DNA of 62,438 nt, counting the filler, from Candidatus Methanoxibalbensis ujae (GTDB lineage: Archaea; Halobacteriota; Syntropharchaeia; Alkanophagales; Methanospirareceae), in assembly GCA_026134085.1 (NCBI GenBank). It is 4 parts of 4 records of this genome, joined end to end, with 100 filler letters (N's around TTAATTAATTAA, not from the genome) between each part and the next. Parts side by side here need not be neighbours in the genome. Positions count along the whole stretch, not along the records: positions 36,658 to 52,850 come from JAOQIN010000039.1; 3 more parts are not named here. One strand, given 5' to 3'. Below, piece after piece: positions 42,931-52,650 of the stretch; position 1 is the stretch's first letter; each line of letters opens with the position of its first letter. The notes beneath the pieces were generated by a model that worked only from the letters and a program-made list of their open reading frames with translations, was not told where the DNA came from and ran no database searches. Made by a program: the position numbers and the translations under genes.

Positions 42931-43249
42931 ATGGGCATCACATATATGGAAGGAAGAGTTAGAGGTGCCACAGGAAAGGAGAAAGAAGTGCGTTTTCTCA
43001 TAGACAGCGGAGCAACTTACACATTGCTTCCAAAAGAAGGCAATAGAGCTGAAACCGAAGAGGGAACATACATTCGTCCCTGCGGATGGCAGCGAGGTAA
43101 AGCGAAAGGTCTCTGAATGCTATATAATTTTACCGCGGAGGCACACACCAGCCGGGGGAAGAAGGGATGGGGCTTTACTTGGTGCCCTTGCCCGGTTTGG
43201 TATCTGACCCATTCAAGCGCGAGCTCTTATGAGGATTTTGCTTGTGTGA
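42931..43249 (+). pseudogene. Clan AA (retropepsin-like) aspartyl protease, frameshifted
   Basis: MGITY..EVRFLIDSGATYTLLP, then F(V)LADG and HTP-like pieces in other frames. Confidence 0.75.
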
Positions 43250-43700
43250 GGTGGGAAAATGCAAACAGGCAGATTTTGATTTTCATATCCTGTTTGAGAG
43301 TTGAAGAAGCTGTAATAGGGGTGGAGGATATAAAGAGAGTGGTTTGAAAGAGGGAGTTTGAAAGAGGGATGATCAGAGTAAAGGGAAAGGGAGGAGAATC
43401 GCCATACAATCTGAAGCAGCATTAAATTAGCGTTGAGAAGTACAGGCCGGAAAAATGGCTGTAGGACAGAAAAGGGATAAGCCATCTCCGGAACCAGGCA
43501 TTGAGCAGGCAGGAAATAAAGCCTGTATTGGGAATACTGCATAAGGCGCTCATTCGCAACTCATTTAAAGTGCGGTTGATTTAATCATGAGCTGCATAGC
43601 TCAAAAACATAGCTCAAAAACAACAGAGATTTACATGTGTCAGAAATCTGAGTGGGATTGAGAGGCCGCTGGATTTGATGGGTGGCGAGAAGCATCCGGA

Positions 43701-44903
43701 ATGAACTCTCATCGTTCCACACAATTGCTTCTGATATTGGGCAGCATTGCTTTTTTGGTTCAAGGAGACAATTATGCTGCCGCACCACTACTTATAGACA
43801 TAGCTGAAGATTTTCATCTTACCATTTCTTCCGCTGCCTTATCAGTATCGACGTATATGATACCTTTTGGTTTGTTTACTCTGTTATTTGGCCCCCTGGC
43901 CGACAGATACGGCAAAGCCAAAGTGCTTAATCTGGCCACTTTTGGCACAGCCACCTTCAGTGTTTTAAGCGCAACAGCCTTTAATCTGCTATCGCTGTGT
44001 ATGCTGCGAGCGATAAATGGTGCATTTGCTGCGGCCGTTTTACCTGTTGCTGTCTCTCTTGTCGGTGATAGATTTGATAATTCAAGCAGACAAAATGCAC
44101 TTGGAGCGGTAATAGGTATGATGTTTTTAGGAGGGGCTGTTGCTCCAGCAGTTGGTGGAATACTGGCATTTTTGGGCTCATGGCGGTTATTATATCTGAC
44201 TTATGGAATTGCTGAATTTGTAGTTGCGCTTATTATGTTAAAATGTTTAAAAAAAGACCGGGGTGTTATCACCAGATTAAATTATAAAGAGGTATATAAA
44301 AAAGCTTTTGCTAATAAAGATTTGATCAAGACTGTGAGCATTCTCTTTTTCTCAGGATTTGCCGTTTTTGGAAGCTTCATGTATTCGGGAGATTTTATCA
44401 GGACCAGATTGGGATATAACATACTGGCCGTTGGGCTGCTTCTATCTCTTTTCGGATTGGCAACATCAATTGGTGGCAAAAGGGCTGGGACTATTAGACA
44501 ACAATTCGGCAATAGATCCCTACTATTTGCTGGTGCTCTTGGAGGAGTTTCTTGGATGACGATGTGCTTCTGGAACTCTCCAGTCTTGATTGCTATTTCA
44601 TTGGTTGGGTTTGGTTTCGCATTCATTTTGCTTCAGTCAACTGTAATAGAAACAGCTCAGCAACTTATGCCTCAACAAAAGGGAACCGTTATGTCGCTTG
44701 CTTCTTTTAACATGTTCATGGGGGGAGGTATAGGCACATTTGTGAATGGATGTCTATTGAATGAATTCGGCTTCTGCCCAATCTTTGTCTTGGCATCAAT
44801 AATAATATTTCTGGTGGGTTTTGTCATTACTTTATTTTTAAATAAGATTTCTAAAATAGAAAAAATTATCTTAGAAAAATCGGAAGTGAATGTAAATAAA
44901 TAA
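43701..44903 (+). CDS. MFS transporter
   Basis: About 12 hydrophobic segments, motif A GPLADRYGK. Confidence 0.92.
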   Translation: MNSHRSTQLLLILGSIAFLVQGDNYAAAPLLIDIAEDFHLTISSAALSVSTYMIPFGLFTLLFGPLADRYGKAKVLNLATFGTATFSVLSATAFNLLSLCMLRAINGAFAAAVLPVAVSLVGDRFDNSSRQNALGAVIGMMFLGGAVAPAVGGILAFLGSWRLLYLTYGIAEFVVALIMLKCLKKDRGVITRLNYKEVYKKAFANKDLIKTVSILFFSGFAVFGSFMYSGDFIRTRLGYNILAVGLLLSLFGLATSIGGKRAGTIRQQFGNRSLLFAGALGGVSWMTMCFWNSPVLIAISLVGFGFAFILLQSTVIETAQQLMPQQKGTVMSLASFNMFMGGGIGTFVNGCLLNEFGFCPIFVLASIIIFLVGFVITLFLNKISKIEKIILEKSEVNVNK

Positions 44904-45008
44904 AAAATAAATAAAAAATATCAAAAATAAAGAACATTTCAGCAAAAGATGGTATTGGAAAGCCAGACTATCATTTTGGGGCGGTGATAAGGATTGGATA
45001 ATATTAAA

Positions 45009-45400
45009 ATGGCAAAAATCATATTTAAGGCAGGCTGAAGAGAGGTTGAAACATGCGAAAGAGGCTTTGAGCGATAATTACGCTTATGTGATAAGGCAGA
45101 GTCAGGAAGCGGTTGAGCTCGCACTCAAAGCTTCACTCAGATGGGATTGAGCCACCTAAATGATGTGGGATATTGAGGAGAGAATTCTTTCCCTGAATGG
45201 TTCAGAAGAGAGATGGGATGGCATCTATCTCAAGAATGCTGAGGAGAGAAAGAGAGCCGAGCATGTATGGAGACGAGGAGTTGGCTTTCCAGATGAACTC
45301 CATAGAGGATGCCAAAACAGCTCTTGATAATTGCACATTTGTTCTTAACAACTGTAAGAAATTGTTGGATGAGGCGGAAGAAGTGCAACAAAAGCAATAA
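45009..45400 (+). pseudogene. HEPN-domain protein, decayed
   Basis: YLRQAEERLK, QSQEAVELALKA, GIEPPK, REPSMYGDE across frames. Confidence 0.75.
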
Positions 45401-45632
45401 TTTGCTGGAATAAGCTGAGGAGTGAATAAAGAGAAGGCAAGAGGCAAAGAAATGGGATCGAGCTGAAATGTGAAGACAAGGATTCCAAATGTTGAAAGGG
45501 AAAGAGCGGGAAAATAGAGCTGATAGGATACTGAGCTATACTATGAGGACTTTCTTGAAATTCAAAGGGGGCATTTGGTATGCTTTCAGGAGAATTAGAA
45601 GGTTGTGCGGTAGCGGTGAGAGAAGAGGAAAA

Positions 45633-45839
45633 GTGAAAATATCTGTGACGGGCGGAGCGGGTTTTATAGTTGGTAAATGCGTCGGCGGAGAAGCATGAAG
45701 TTGTTGTTCTTGATAGCTTGGAGTCTCAAGTCCATGGCAAAAAGAGCTGGGGATATAAGACATTGATTCCACGTAGGATAGAATCAAAGAGCTTTAAGCC
45801 TAAGTTTAAGGGGTGAGAGAACTCGTGGAATTGGCAGAT
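45633..45839 (+). pseudogene. Internally deleted relic of NDP-sugar epimerase (5' and 3' ends joined)
   Basis: GTGAAAATATCTGTGACGGGCGGAGCGGG...GAGAAGCATGAAGTTGTTGTTCTTGA matches start of 38905 gene; AGAGCTGGGGATATAAGACATTG matches its RAGDIRHC. Confidence 0.85.
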
Positions 45840-45879
45840 TATATGCCATACCTGCACATTATGATAATAGGATTAAGAG

Positions 45880-46380
45880 ATGGATATAGTTAAAAAATGG
45901 TGTGCCGATCAGATTGACAGAGGAAAGGAAAGAAGGGTTCATATTACAGAGCATTCAGAGATGGCGGGCTATTATTTTGAAGTTCTTGAAACGGTGGAAG
46001 AACCAGATTATGAGGGTAAGATGGGTGAATGCATAGCAGTGAGGGAGATGGAGAAGGGTAAATATATTGTAGTAGTGTATAGAGAATTAAGTAAAGAAGA
46101 TGGATTTGTAATTACCGCCTTCTTAACGAGGCGGAGGAGCTTGAGAGGAGGCGAAAGATATGGCGGAGGCGTAAAAAAGGTATTGGCTATTGTGCCTGAA
46201 TTATTGGAAGTGCCGTATCCAGGAATTTGGACATCTTATGATAACTGATTATACATCAATTTCAGGAAGCCAAGCCATACAGATGATTCCGAACTCACGG
46301 ATGATGACATTATAAAGATATGCGAAAGGAGAGATCATAGGGATCACCGTCCTTAATGCAGGAAAGAGGAGAAGAGAATA
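45880..46380 (+). pseudogene. Decayed toxin plus DUF2283-like antitoxin pair
   Basis: HITEHSEM..YIVVVYRE..DGFVITAF then IWTSYD..LYINFRKP..GEIIGITVLNA with frameshifts. Confidence 0.7.
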
Positions 46381-46443
46381 GGAAAATATAGGTTATGCGG
46401 GTGCAAAGAATTTATAAGAATATTGAAGCGTTGAAGCGAAGAG

Positions 46444-46812
46444 GTGAAGCGGGTGGGATTTGTGAAGGTGAAAGTGACAATAAGGAATTCTGAAAAACCA
46501 GATAGAAAGGAAGAATTAGAGATGGTAGTGGATACGGGAGCTATGTATAGCTTGGTTCCAGGGCATATCTTGGAAAAGATAGGGATAAGACCGCTTGAGC
46601 GCAGGGTTTTTACGCTTGCGAACGGCGAAAGGATAGAGCGAGAATTTGGAGGAGCGATATTTGAGGTTGAAGAGAGGAGAGGGCATGCTCCGGTTATATT
46701 TGGAGAGAAAGAAGATAAATGCTTGCTTGGCGTAACAGCCTTGGAAGCGTTGGGATTAGAGGTAGATGTTGTTACGGGAAAACTTAAGCCTATGGAACTT
46801 TTATTGATTTAA
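46444..46812 (+). CDS. Clan AA (retropepsin-like) aspartyl protease
   Basis: VVDTGA catalytic motif, FTLANG, LLGVTALEALG. Confidence 0.88.
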   Translation: MKRVGFVKVKVTIRNSEKPDRKEELEMVVDTGAMYSLVPGHILEKIGIRPLERRVFTLANGERIEREFGGAIFEVEERRGHAPVIFGEKEDKCLLGVTALEALGLEVDVVTGKLKPMELLLI

Positions 46813-46827
46813 CAAAAATGGAAAAAC

Positions 46828-47205
46828 ATGAAAGAAGAAATTAAAATGTATCTTGAGAGGGCGGAGAAGTTCAAGAAGAATGCGCAATTCAATTTCGAGA
46901 ACGGAGATTATGATTTAGCGATGTTCCACATAGAGCAAGCTTGTCAGTTGATGATAAATGCAAAGCTGTTGGACATGAAGGGGTATTTTGAGAGGACACA
47001 CAGTCTGAGAAGACTTTTAAGTGAAGTGATGGATATTGAAGGAGTTGAGGAATTTCTAAACAAGTATAAAGTCGTCTTAAGAAACCTTGAAAGATCATAC
47101 ATAACTTCAAGATACTACTTTGAAGAATTCTTTAAGGAAGAAGTTGAGGAGGCTTTCGAAGCTCTGGAGGAGTTGAAGAAAATATTATGGAGGAATATTT
47201 CATAA
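46828..47205 (+). CDS. HEPN domain protein (COG2250-like)
   Basis: YDLAMFHIEQACQL, RTHSLRRLL, YITSRY. Confidence 0.9.
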   Translation: MKEEIKMYLERAEKFKKNAQFNFENGDYDLAMFHIEQACQLMINAKLLDMKGYFERTHSLRRLLSEVMDIEGVEEFLNKYKVVLRNLERSYITSRYYFEEFFKEEVEEAFEALEELKKILWRNIS

Positions 47206-47492
47206 ATTTTAAAAAATATGCTATGAATATTAAGAGCCTTTTGAGAGAATTCCTTTCGGATTTCGAGGTTTACGTTTTCGGATCTGTCGTGAGGGGAGAT
47301 TATTCTCCGGGACTCAGTGATATAGATTTAGCAGTAATTTCAGATGATTTCAAGGTCAGGGAAATGAAGTTAAAAGTCTATGATGTGCTGTTTGAAAGGT
47401 TCTTTAACACACCGTTTGAGTTTCATCTGCTGACAAAAGAGAGATGGAATTTTTATTTGAGGTTCATAAAAAAAGATTACTTGAAAATCTGA
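47187..47492 (+). CDS. Minimal nucleotidyltransferase (MNT)
   Basis: YVFGSVVRG...SDIDL; overlaps the HEPN gene. Confidence 0.9.
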   Translation: MEEYFINFKKYAMNIKSLLREFLSDFEVYVFGSVVRGDYSPGLSDIDLAVISDDFKVREMKLKVYDVLFERFFNTPFEFHLLTKERWNFYLRFIKKDYLKI

Positions 47493-47558
47493 TTTGTTTG
47501 AGAAGGTATATAAAATTAAAATGCATTAGGTAATAGCAAAAAGGGAAAATGATAAAGG

Positions 47559-48066
47559 ATGAAGAAATTGAGAGCAGTAAGTGATGCGTCAATCCTGATT
47601 CACCTCTCAGCAATTGGAAGATTCTATTTGTTGATGGACTTGTTTCAGGAAATTGTAATTCCTGAGGAGGTTTATGAAGAAGTTGTGGTGGAAGGATGGG
47701 GTCTCCCCGGCTCCTTAGAAACAGCAGAGGCTATAAGAAGCGGTTTTATAGCAGTGAAAGGAGTTATAGATAGGGAAGAAGTCAGAAATATTTTGTGTAA
47801 ATATAAATAAGTAATGCGGAGGTGATTCAATTAGCGAAGGAGATGAATGCGGAAGTTGTATTGGCAGATGAGGAAGAGGTTAGAGAGGGAGCGGAAGAAA
47901 GAGGATTTGATGTGAGAGAGGGCTCAGGCATATTGTTGGTGTCTGTCAGGGAATTTTAACGCTCCAGAAGGCTATGCGGGATGTGGATAGTCTGGTAGAG
48001 TCTGGCTATCGTGTGAGTGAAGAAATAGTAAATAAGGTGAAGGAGATTTTGAGGAGGTGGGAATGA
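47559..48066 (+). pseudogene. PIN-domain (DUF3368-like) toxin, frameshifted
   Basis: VSDASILIHL..IPEEVYEEV; continuation AEVIQLAKE..VLADE and GYRVSEE after stop. Confidence 0.75.
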
Positions 48067-48276
48067 AATCTTTGCAAATACCAGAAAAATAAAGGAGAAA
48101 CCTGAGCGTTTAAGTATGTATGCTGAAGGGAAGCTATCGGCGAGCAGAGCATCGCGTATGCTCGGTATTTCGAGAGCGGAATTCTATCACTTACTCGCAG
48201 AAACAGACACGCAATTACCCAAAAAACATAATGAGGGCATAAAAAAGTAAATAAAGAGATTAATTGGTGAGAAGAA

Positions 48277-48425
48277 ATGAAAATATTAATGACGGGGAGG
48301 CTGCTTAGTTGTGGTTTTGGATAACTCAGAACCACAAGTTTACAAAGCGAAGCCTAATTGAAGAAAACAGACATATTTGACGACATTCGCAACGACGATG
48401 TATTAAAGCATTAGAGAGAGTGAGG
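48277..48425 (+). pseudogene. Relic of NDP-sugar epimerase 5' region
   Basis: MKILMTG / VVVLDNSEPQV / DIRNDDVLKAL fragments collinear with N-terminus of the 38905 gene. Confidence 0.7.
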
Positions 48426-48620
48426 AAAGAGATAGTTATAAGTGTGAGTTACAGGGGACGGGAGTGTGGTGAATGTCAGAAGTCAAATTTACGAGGCATG
48501 CGGAATGTTAAAAGAGCGGAAGTTTGAGATAGAGTTTGTAATAGATGTTGTGTTAAATCCCGGGAGAGGAAGGGAAGAAAGATATTTGGTATGTCCTCAG
48601 GAGAGTTGGAGAAAGGGTCG
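48377..48620 (+). repeat. 244-bp direct repeat copy 1 (epimerase relic plus decayed DUF4258-like toxin)
   Basis: Near-identical to 52600-52850 (3 substitutions and a 7-nt duplication by eye). Confidence 0.93.
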
Positions 48621-48692
48621 TGTAGTTGTGAGAAGAGAGACCTTATATCGTCGTTACAGTTTATTTTGATAGGAGGTTAAGATGAAGCTGAG

Positions 48693-49382
48693 ATGAAGCT
48701 GAGCGAGGAAATGAAGGAAAGGATATGCAGGCGATTGGTAGGATATGATAAGGATATAGTGGAGATAATCCAATTTGGTTCATCAGTTTATGCGCCTGAG
48801 CATGCGAGGGATTTGGACTTATTGGTGATAACGAAGGATAAGAAGGAATATGGGGGCTATTTAGATTCTTTAGAGGATTTGAATTTTCCTTTCGATGCGG
48901 ATGTTGTAGTGAAGGGAGAGGATGAAGAGTTGAGAGGTGATTTTGCATGCCAAATCTTAGGTGCATTTGAAGTGTTATATGGAGATGGGAAGTATTTATC
49001 CAAGATGACGAAGAATTTCGATCCGAGCTTTGAGGATGCATATGCGGTGCTAAGAAAAGCTAAAAGGGATATGGATAGTGTCGGGGAGCTTGAAGGCAAA
49101 GAGGATAGGGAATGGAGTATAAGAGTTGCTTTTAACGGTCTATTTCATGCGGCGAGGGTGGCAGCGATGACTTACTTAGCAGTAGAAAATTCAAGATGGG
49201 GTAGATTGAAAAGGAGATTGCCATCACCTTATAAGGAAGAGTTCGAGAGTTTTATTAATGTTTTGCACATTGATTATTTCTACAATGGTAATTATCCGGA
49301 GAATTACGAAGAAGCATTTGAGAAATGGCATAAAAAAGTGGAAGATTTTGTCAGGAGATTGAAGGGCATGAAGAAGAAATGA
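48693..49382 (+). CDS. Fused nucleotidyltransferase-HEPN-like protein
   Basis: IIQFGSSVYAPEHARDLDL (MNT) plus C-terminal helical AFNGLFHAARVA..LHIDYFY domain. Confidence 0.75.
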   Translation: MKLSEEMKERICRRLVGYDKDIVEIIQFGSSVYAPEHARDLDLLVITKDKKEYGGYLDSLEDLNFPFDADVVVKGEDEELRGDFACQILGAFEVLYGDGKYLSKMTKNFDPSFEDAYAVLRKAKRDMDSVGELEGKEDREWSIRVAFNGLFHAARVAAMTYLAVENSRWGRLKRRLPSPYKEEFESFINVLHIDYFYNGNYPENYEEAFEKWHKKVEDFVRRLKGMKKK

Positions 49383-49468
49383 AAATATCTGTGACGGGCG
49401 GAGCGGGCTTCATAGGCTCGCATCTGGTGGATGCATTGGCGGAGAAGCATGAAATTTTGGTGCTGGAA
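49379..49468 (+). pseudogene. Relic of NDP-sugar epimerase 5' end
   Basis: ATGAAAATATCTGTGACGGGCGGAGCGGGCTTCATAGGCTCGCATCTGGTGGATGCATTGGCGGAGAAGCATGA = MKISVTGGAGFIGSHLVDALAEKHE. Confidence 0.9.
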
Positions 49469-49511
49469 AGGAGAAAGAAAATTTAAATAAGGAAAAAATC
49501 AAAATAACGAT

Positions 49512-49870
49512 ATGCCTGTAATTAGGGATACCGGAAGCGCTTAAGAAGGAGATAGAAGAGTTTATGAGGGAGGAAGGGCTTGAAGAAAGTGCAGTCTTGA
49601 GGAAGTTGCTAAACATGGCAATTTCTGAATTGAAGAAAGAAAAGGCATTAAAACTATTGGCAGAGGGGAGGATTTCATATATGAAGGCGGTTGAGAAGTC
49701 GGGAATGTTGTGATTTCGCTGAGATGGTTAAAGAGAAAAAGATAATAGGGGTAAAGGATGAAATTATCAGTGATTTAAATGCTCGTTTTTGATGCAACCT
49801 CATTAATCTCGCAAAGGTTGAAAAACTGCACTTGCTCAGGAATATTGGTGGGAAGAAAGAGATTCTGACG
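49512..49870 (+). pseudogene. UPF0175-like antitoxin plus PIN toxin start, decayed
   Basis: RIPEALKKEIE..LRKLL..LAEGRISYMKA; then MLVFDATSL at 49779. Confidence 0.65.
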
Positions 49871-49919
49871 AAGATTATGCAAGGAGAATTGCAGACATTG
49901 ATGGTATAAAGTGCGGTAG

Positions 49920-50125
49920 CACATAACTACATGCATTATGCTCGTTAAAGATGCGGTGGGAGGAGAAGTCATTGTCTTCGGTTCTGTTGTTGAGGGAAAT
50001 GTAATATTTGATTCAATTGAGAGCGTGGAGAAAATTTTGATGAGATTTTGGGAGAATTTCATCCTTTCCAAATTCGTCTCGTAACGAAAAAGGAGTTTGA
50101 TTGGTATAAAAGGTTTATTAAGAAG
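49920..50125 (+). pseudogene. Decayed MNT, paralog of 52099-52425
   Basis: GEVIVFGSVVEG, LGEFHPFQI.LVT.KEF with shared nucleotide stretches. Confidence 0.75.
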
Positions 50126-50132
50126 TGTAAAG

Positions 50133-50690
50133 ATGATGGCGAGGTATTACTCGGAGAGAAAGGACTTGCTGAAATTTTTGAAGGGGAGAATTCTGGATAT
50201 CGGCTGCAACAAAGAGGATTTCCACAAACTTGTCATGGAGAGGGCAAGGAAAATCAGTGGAGAAGTTTACGGTTTGGATATAGAAGTTACAAATTACAGG
50301 GATAACTTTGTGAGAGGAGATGCTCATTTTCTACCATTTAAAGATGAAAGCTTTAATTCTGTGTTTGCTGGAGAGATAATTAAACATTTAACAAATCTAA
50401 CGTAATTTTTGAAAGAGATTGAAAGATTAAAGAAAGGTGGAATTGCTGTGTTGACAACACCGAATATCCATAGCTTAACATATAGAGAAGTTTTATTCGG
50501 TAGTAAAAAACACTTTTTACCTCTGGACATATATTTGCATTATATTTGCATGGGATCTCCCACTTTTCAAGAGGTTGAGACTTTAGGTATGGAAGTCATT
50601 GAATATGGATATGCAGATCCTGAAGGAGCAAACAGGTTTGCCTTGCTTATTATTCATAAGCTAAAACCACAGTTTTCTTGGTTTCTTTAA
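50133..50690 (+). pseudogene. Class I SAM-dependent methyltransferase with in-frame TAA
   Basis: ILDIGC, YGLDI, GDAHFLPFKDESF; stop at 50403-50405 then same-frame LKKGGIAVLTTPN. Confidence 0.8.
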
Positions 50691-50793
50691 GTGGTAATGA
50701 GAAAATAATTTTAACTTGTTTGAGAATATCGGGCACTTTTATCGTTGCGATGAGGAATATGTCAGCAGTTAAAGTTTGTGAGGGGAGAGAAAA

Positions 50794-51069
50794 ATAAAAA
50801 AGAGGATAGAATTCTCGGAACATGCCGAAGAAAGAATGAGGAGGAGAGGAGTTTCAAAAGATGAAGTAATAGAGGCGGTGAGGAATCCCGAGGATGTTCT
50901 GCTTGATACATCTACTGGTTATCTTATAGCCACTCGTAAGAAAGAAGACCGTTATTTGTTGGTTGTATATGCTCCGAAAGCCGTGAAGAGAGTTGTTACT
51001 GTGATCGTGACCTCAAAGTTTAATATAGTGGAAAAGAGAATTAGAAGTGGAAGGTGGATAAAGATATGA
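50794..51069 (+). CDS. DUF4258-like putative toxin (start codon possibly mutated to ATA)
   Basis: IEFSEHAEERMRRRGVS..VIEAVRNP..LLVVY..VVTVI; first in-frame ATG at 50836 lies inside the motif. Confidence 0.7.
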   Translation: MKKRIEFSEHAEERMRRRGVSKDEVIEAVRNPEDVLLDTSTGYLIATRKKEDRYLLVVYAPKAVKRVVTVIVTSKFNIVEKRIRSGRWIKI

Positions 51070-51272
51070 AGGTGAGATATGACGCTGATGCTGATATTAT
51101 ACACATCGCAATAAGAGAAGAAGAAGTTAAAGACATGGATGAGCTTGGAGAAGACATTTTTGTCGAGTATAACGAGAAAGGTGAGATTATAGGCATAGAA
51201 ATATGGCAGGCTCGTAAAAACATAATTCCTGAAATATTGAAGTTTATAAAATCGGCGAAATGCGTTGATTAA
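51066..51272 (+). CDS. DUF2283-like putative antitoxin
   Basis: VRYDADADIIHI..GEIIGIEI; ATGA overlap with upstream gene. Confidence 0.85.
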   Translation: MKVRYDADADIIHIAIREEEVKDMDELGEDIFVEYNEKGEIIGIEIWQARKNIIPEILKFIKSAKCVD

Positions 51273-51361
51273 AATTAGGCATGGAAAGAATAAGAAGGGA
51301 TAAGAAAACAATAAAGAAAGAAATAAGGGAATAAAGGATATGCTGAAAAAGCGTGTTAAAA

Positions 51362-51574
51362 ATGGATGATGTTGTGGAATACCAGAGGAGAGTGATGGAG
51401 AAGATAAAGACGCTTGAAAGATTGAGAGTAGCGCTTGACTTTATTGAATCTCTTGAGAAGAAGGAGGAATGGGAGGCGACGCTTGAAGTTCTCAAGGACA
51501 AAGAGACGATGGAGAATATAAAAGCTGCGGATGAGGCATGGGAAGCGAGGAGAATGGAAGAGTTCATGCCTTAG
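51362..51574 (+). CDS. Putative antitoxin of RelE-type pair (possibly truncated by TAG)
   Basis: EWEATLEVLKDKETMENIK..EEFMP; upstream of RelE relic. Confidence 0.6.
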   Translation: MDDVVEYQRRVMEKIKTLERLRVALDFIESLEKKEEWEATLEVLKDKETMENIKAADEAWEARRMEEFMP

Positions 51575-51590
51575 GAGAAAGTGAGAAGGG

Positions 51591-51828
51591 ATGTTCAGGA
51601 TACTTATTCACAAGAGAGCAGCAAAGATATATAAGGAATTAGTCGATAAGACTGCTGCTAAAATAAACAATGAAATCCCTTCTACGGGAGGAACATTATG
51701 AGACTTAGAGGGCAGTTGGAAGGTAAATATTATTAAGAGTTGAGATTATCGTATCATTTACGGGATTGAGGGGGAGGAAAAGGTTGTCATTATAGAGGAT
51801 ATAAAAAGGAGGGGGGAGGGCATATTGA
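51591..51828 (+). pseudogene. RelE/ParE family toxin, frameshifted
   Basis: MFRILIHKRA..NPFYG..LRGQLEG..DYRIIY..KRRG across frames. Confidence 0.75.
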
Positions 51829-51852
51829 TAAACAAAGAGTGGAATGGTGAGA

Positions 51853-52098
51853 ATGAGAGGGGAAGAAGTAGGAAAATTTAAGGAGAAGGCGGATGCATTT
51901 CTTGATACGGCAATATACAACTTTGAGAGGGGAAGATACGACTTGGCGGCATTTAACATTGAGCAAGCCGTTCAGCTATACATAAAGACAAAGCTTCTTG
52001 AGTTGCTTGGAGAATTTCCGAGAACACGAGGGAATTTTATGAGGAGGAAGTTAAAGAACTGATTGAATTTGCATACAGGGTTAGAAGGTTGCTTGAAT
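51853..52098 (+). pseudogene. HEPN domain protein with C-terminal deletion
   Basis: YDLAAFNIEQAVQLYIK..GEFPRT then loss of frame. Confidence 0.75.
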
Positions 52099-52425
52099 AT
52101 GATTGAGAAGTATTTTGATGAGCTGATAAAAATGGCGAAGGAGAGGAAAGAGTACTTCGAAAACTACATGCATTATGCGAAGCTTGTGAAGGAAGCTGTC
52201 AAAGGAGAAGTGATTGTTTTCGGCTCTGTTGTCGAAGGTAAGCATACGATGGCATCGGACATAGACCTGCTCGTTGTTCTTGATTCAATTGGGAGAAGGG
52301 ATGAAATTCTGATGAAGATAAATAAGGTTTTGGGGGAGTTCCATCCTTTCCAGATTCATCTCGTGACAGGAAAGGAGTTTGAGGGGTATAAGAGGTTCAT
52401 TAAAAAGAGGATTAGAGTAGAATGA
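52099..52425 (+). CDS. Minimal nucleotidyltransferase (MNT)
   Basis: VFGSVVEGKHTMASDIDLLV (GSx10DxD). Confidence 0.88.
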   Translation: MIEKYFDELIKMAKERKEYFENYMHYAKLVKEAVKGEVIVFGSVVEGKHTMASDIDLLVVLDSIGRRDEILMKINKVLGEFHPFQIHLVTGKEFEGYKRFIKKRIRVE

Positions 52426-52550
52426 ATTTAAAGAATTGATAAGATAAAAGGACTTGACATCTTTCTTCTATCAGTCTATTTACCTCTGCTTAAAAAGGTA
52501 AAACCCTCAATCCCGAAAATTGCCTTTGCATATCTCAAATAGTGGAAAAA

Positions 52551-52650
52551 ATGAAGGTGCTCGTTACTGGCGGGCGGGCTTGGTTGTGGTTTTAGATGAT
52601 TGACGACATTCGCAACGACGATGTATTAAAGCATTAGAGAGAGTGAGGAA
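52551..52650 (+). pseudogene. Relic of NDP-sugar epimerase 5' region
   Basis: MKVLVTGG / VVVLDD / DIRNDDVLKAL. Confidence 0.7.

Noticed and set aside
50403..51574. Stop-codon recoding (Pyl/Sec) at in-frame stops in the methyltransferase (TAA 50403) and antitoxin (TAG 51572)
   Set aside because: TAA is not recoded; the TAG is most simply a TGG-to-TAG change in a region full of pseudogenes; no pyl/sel genes seen
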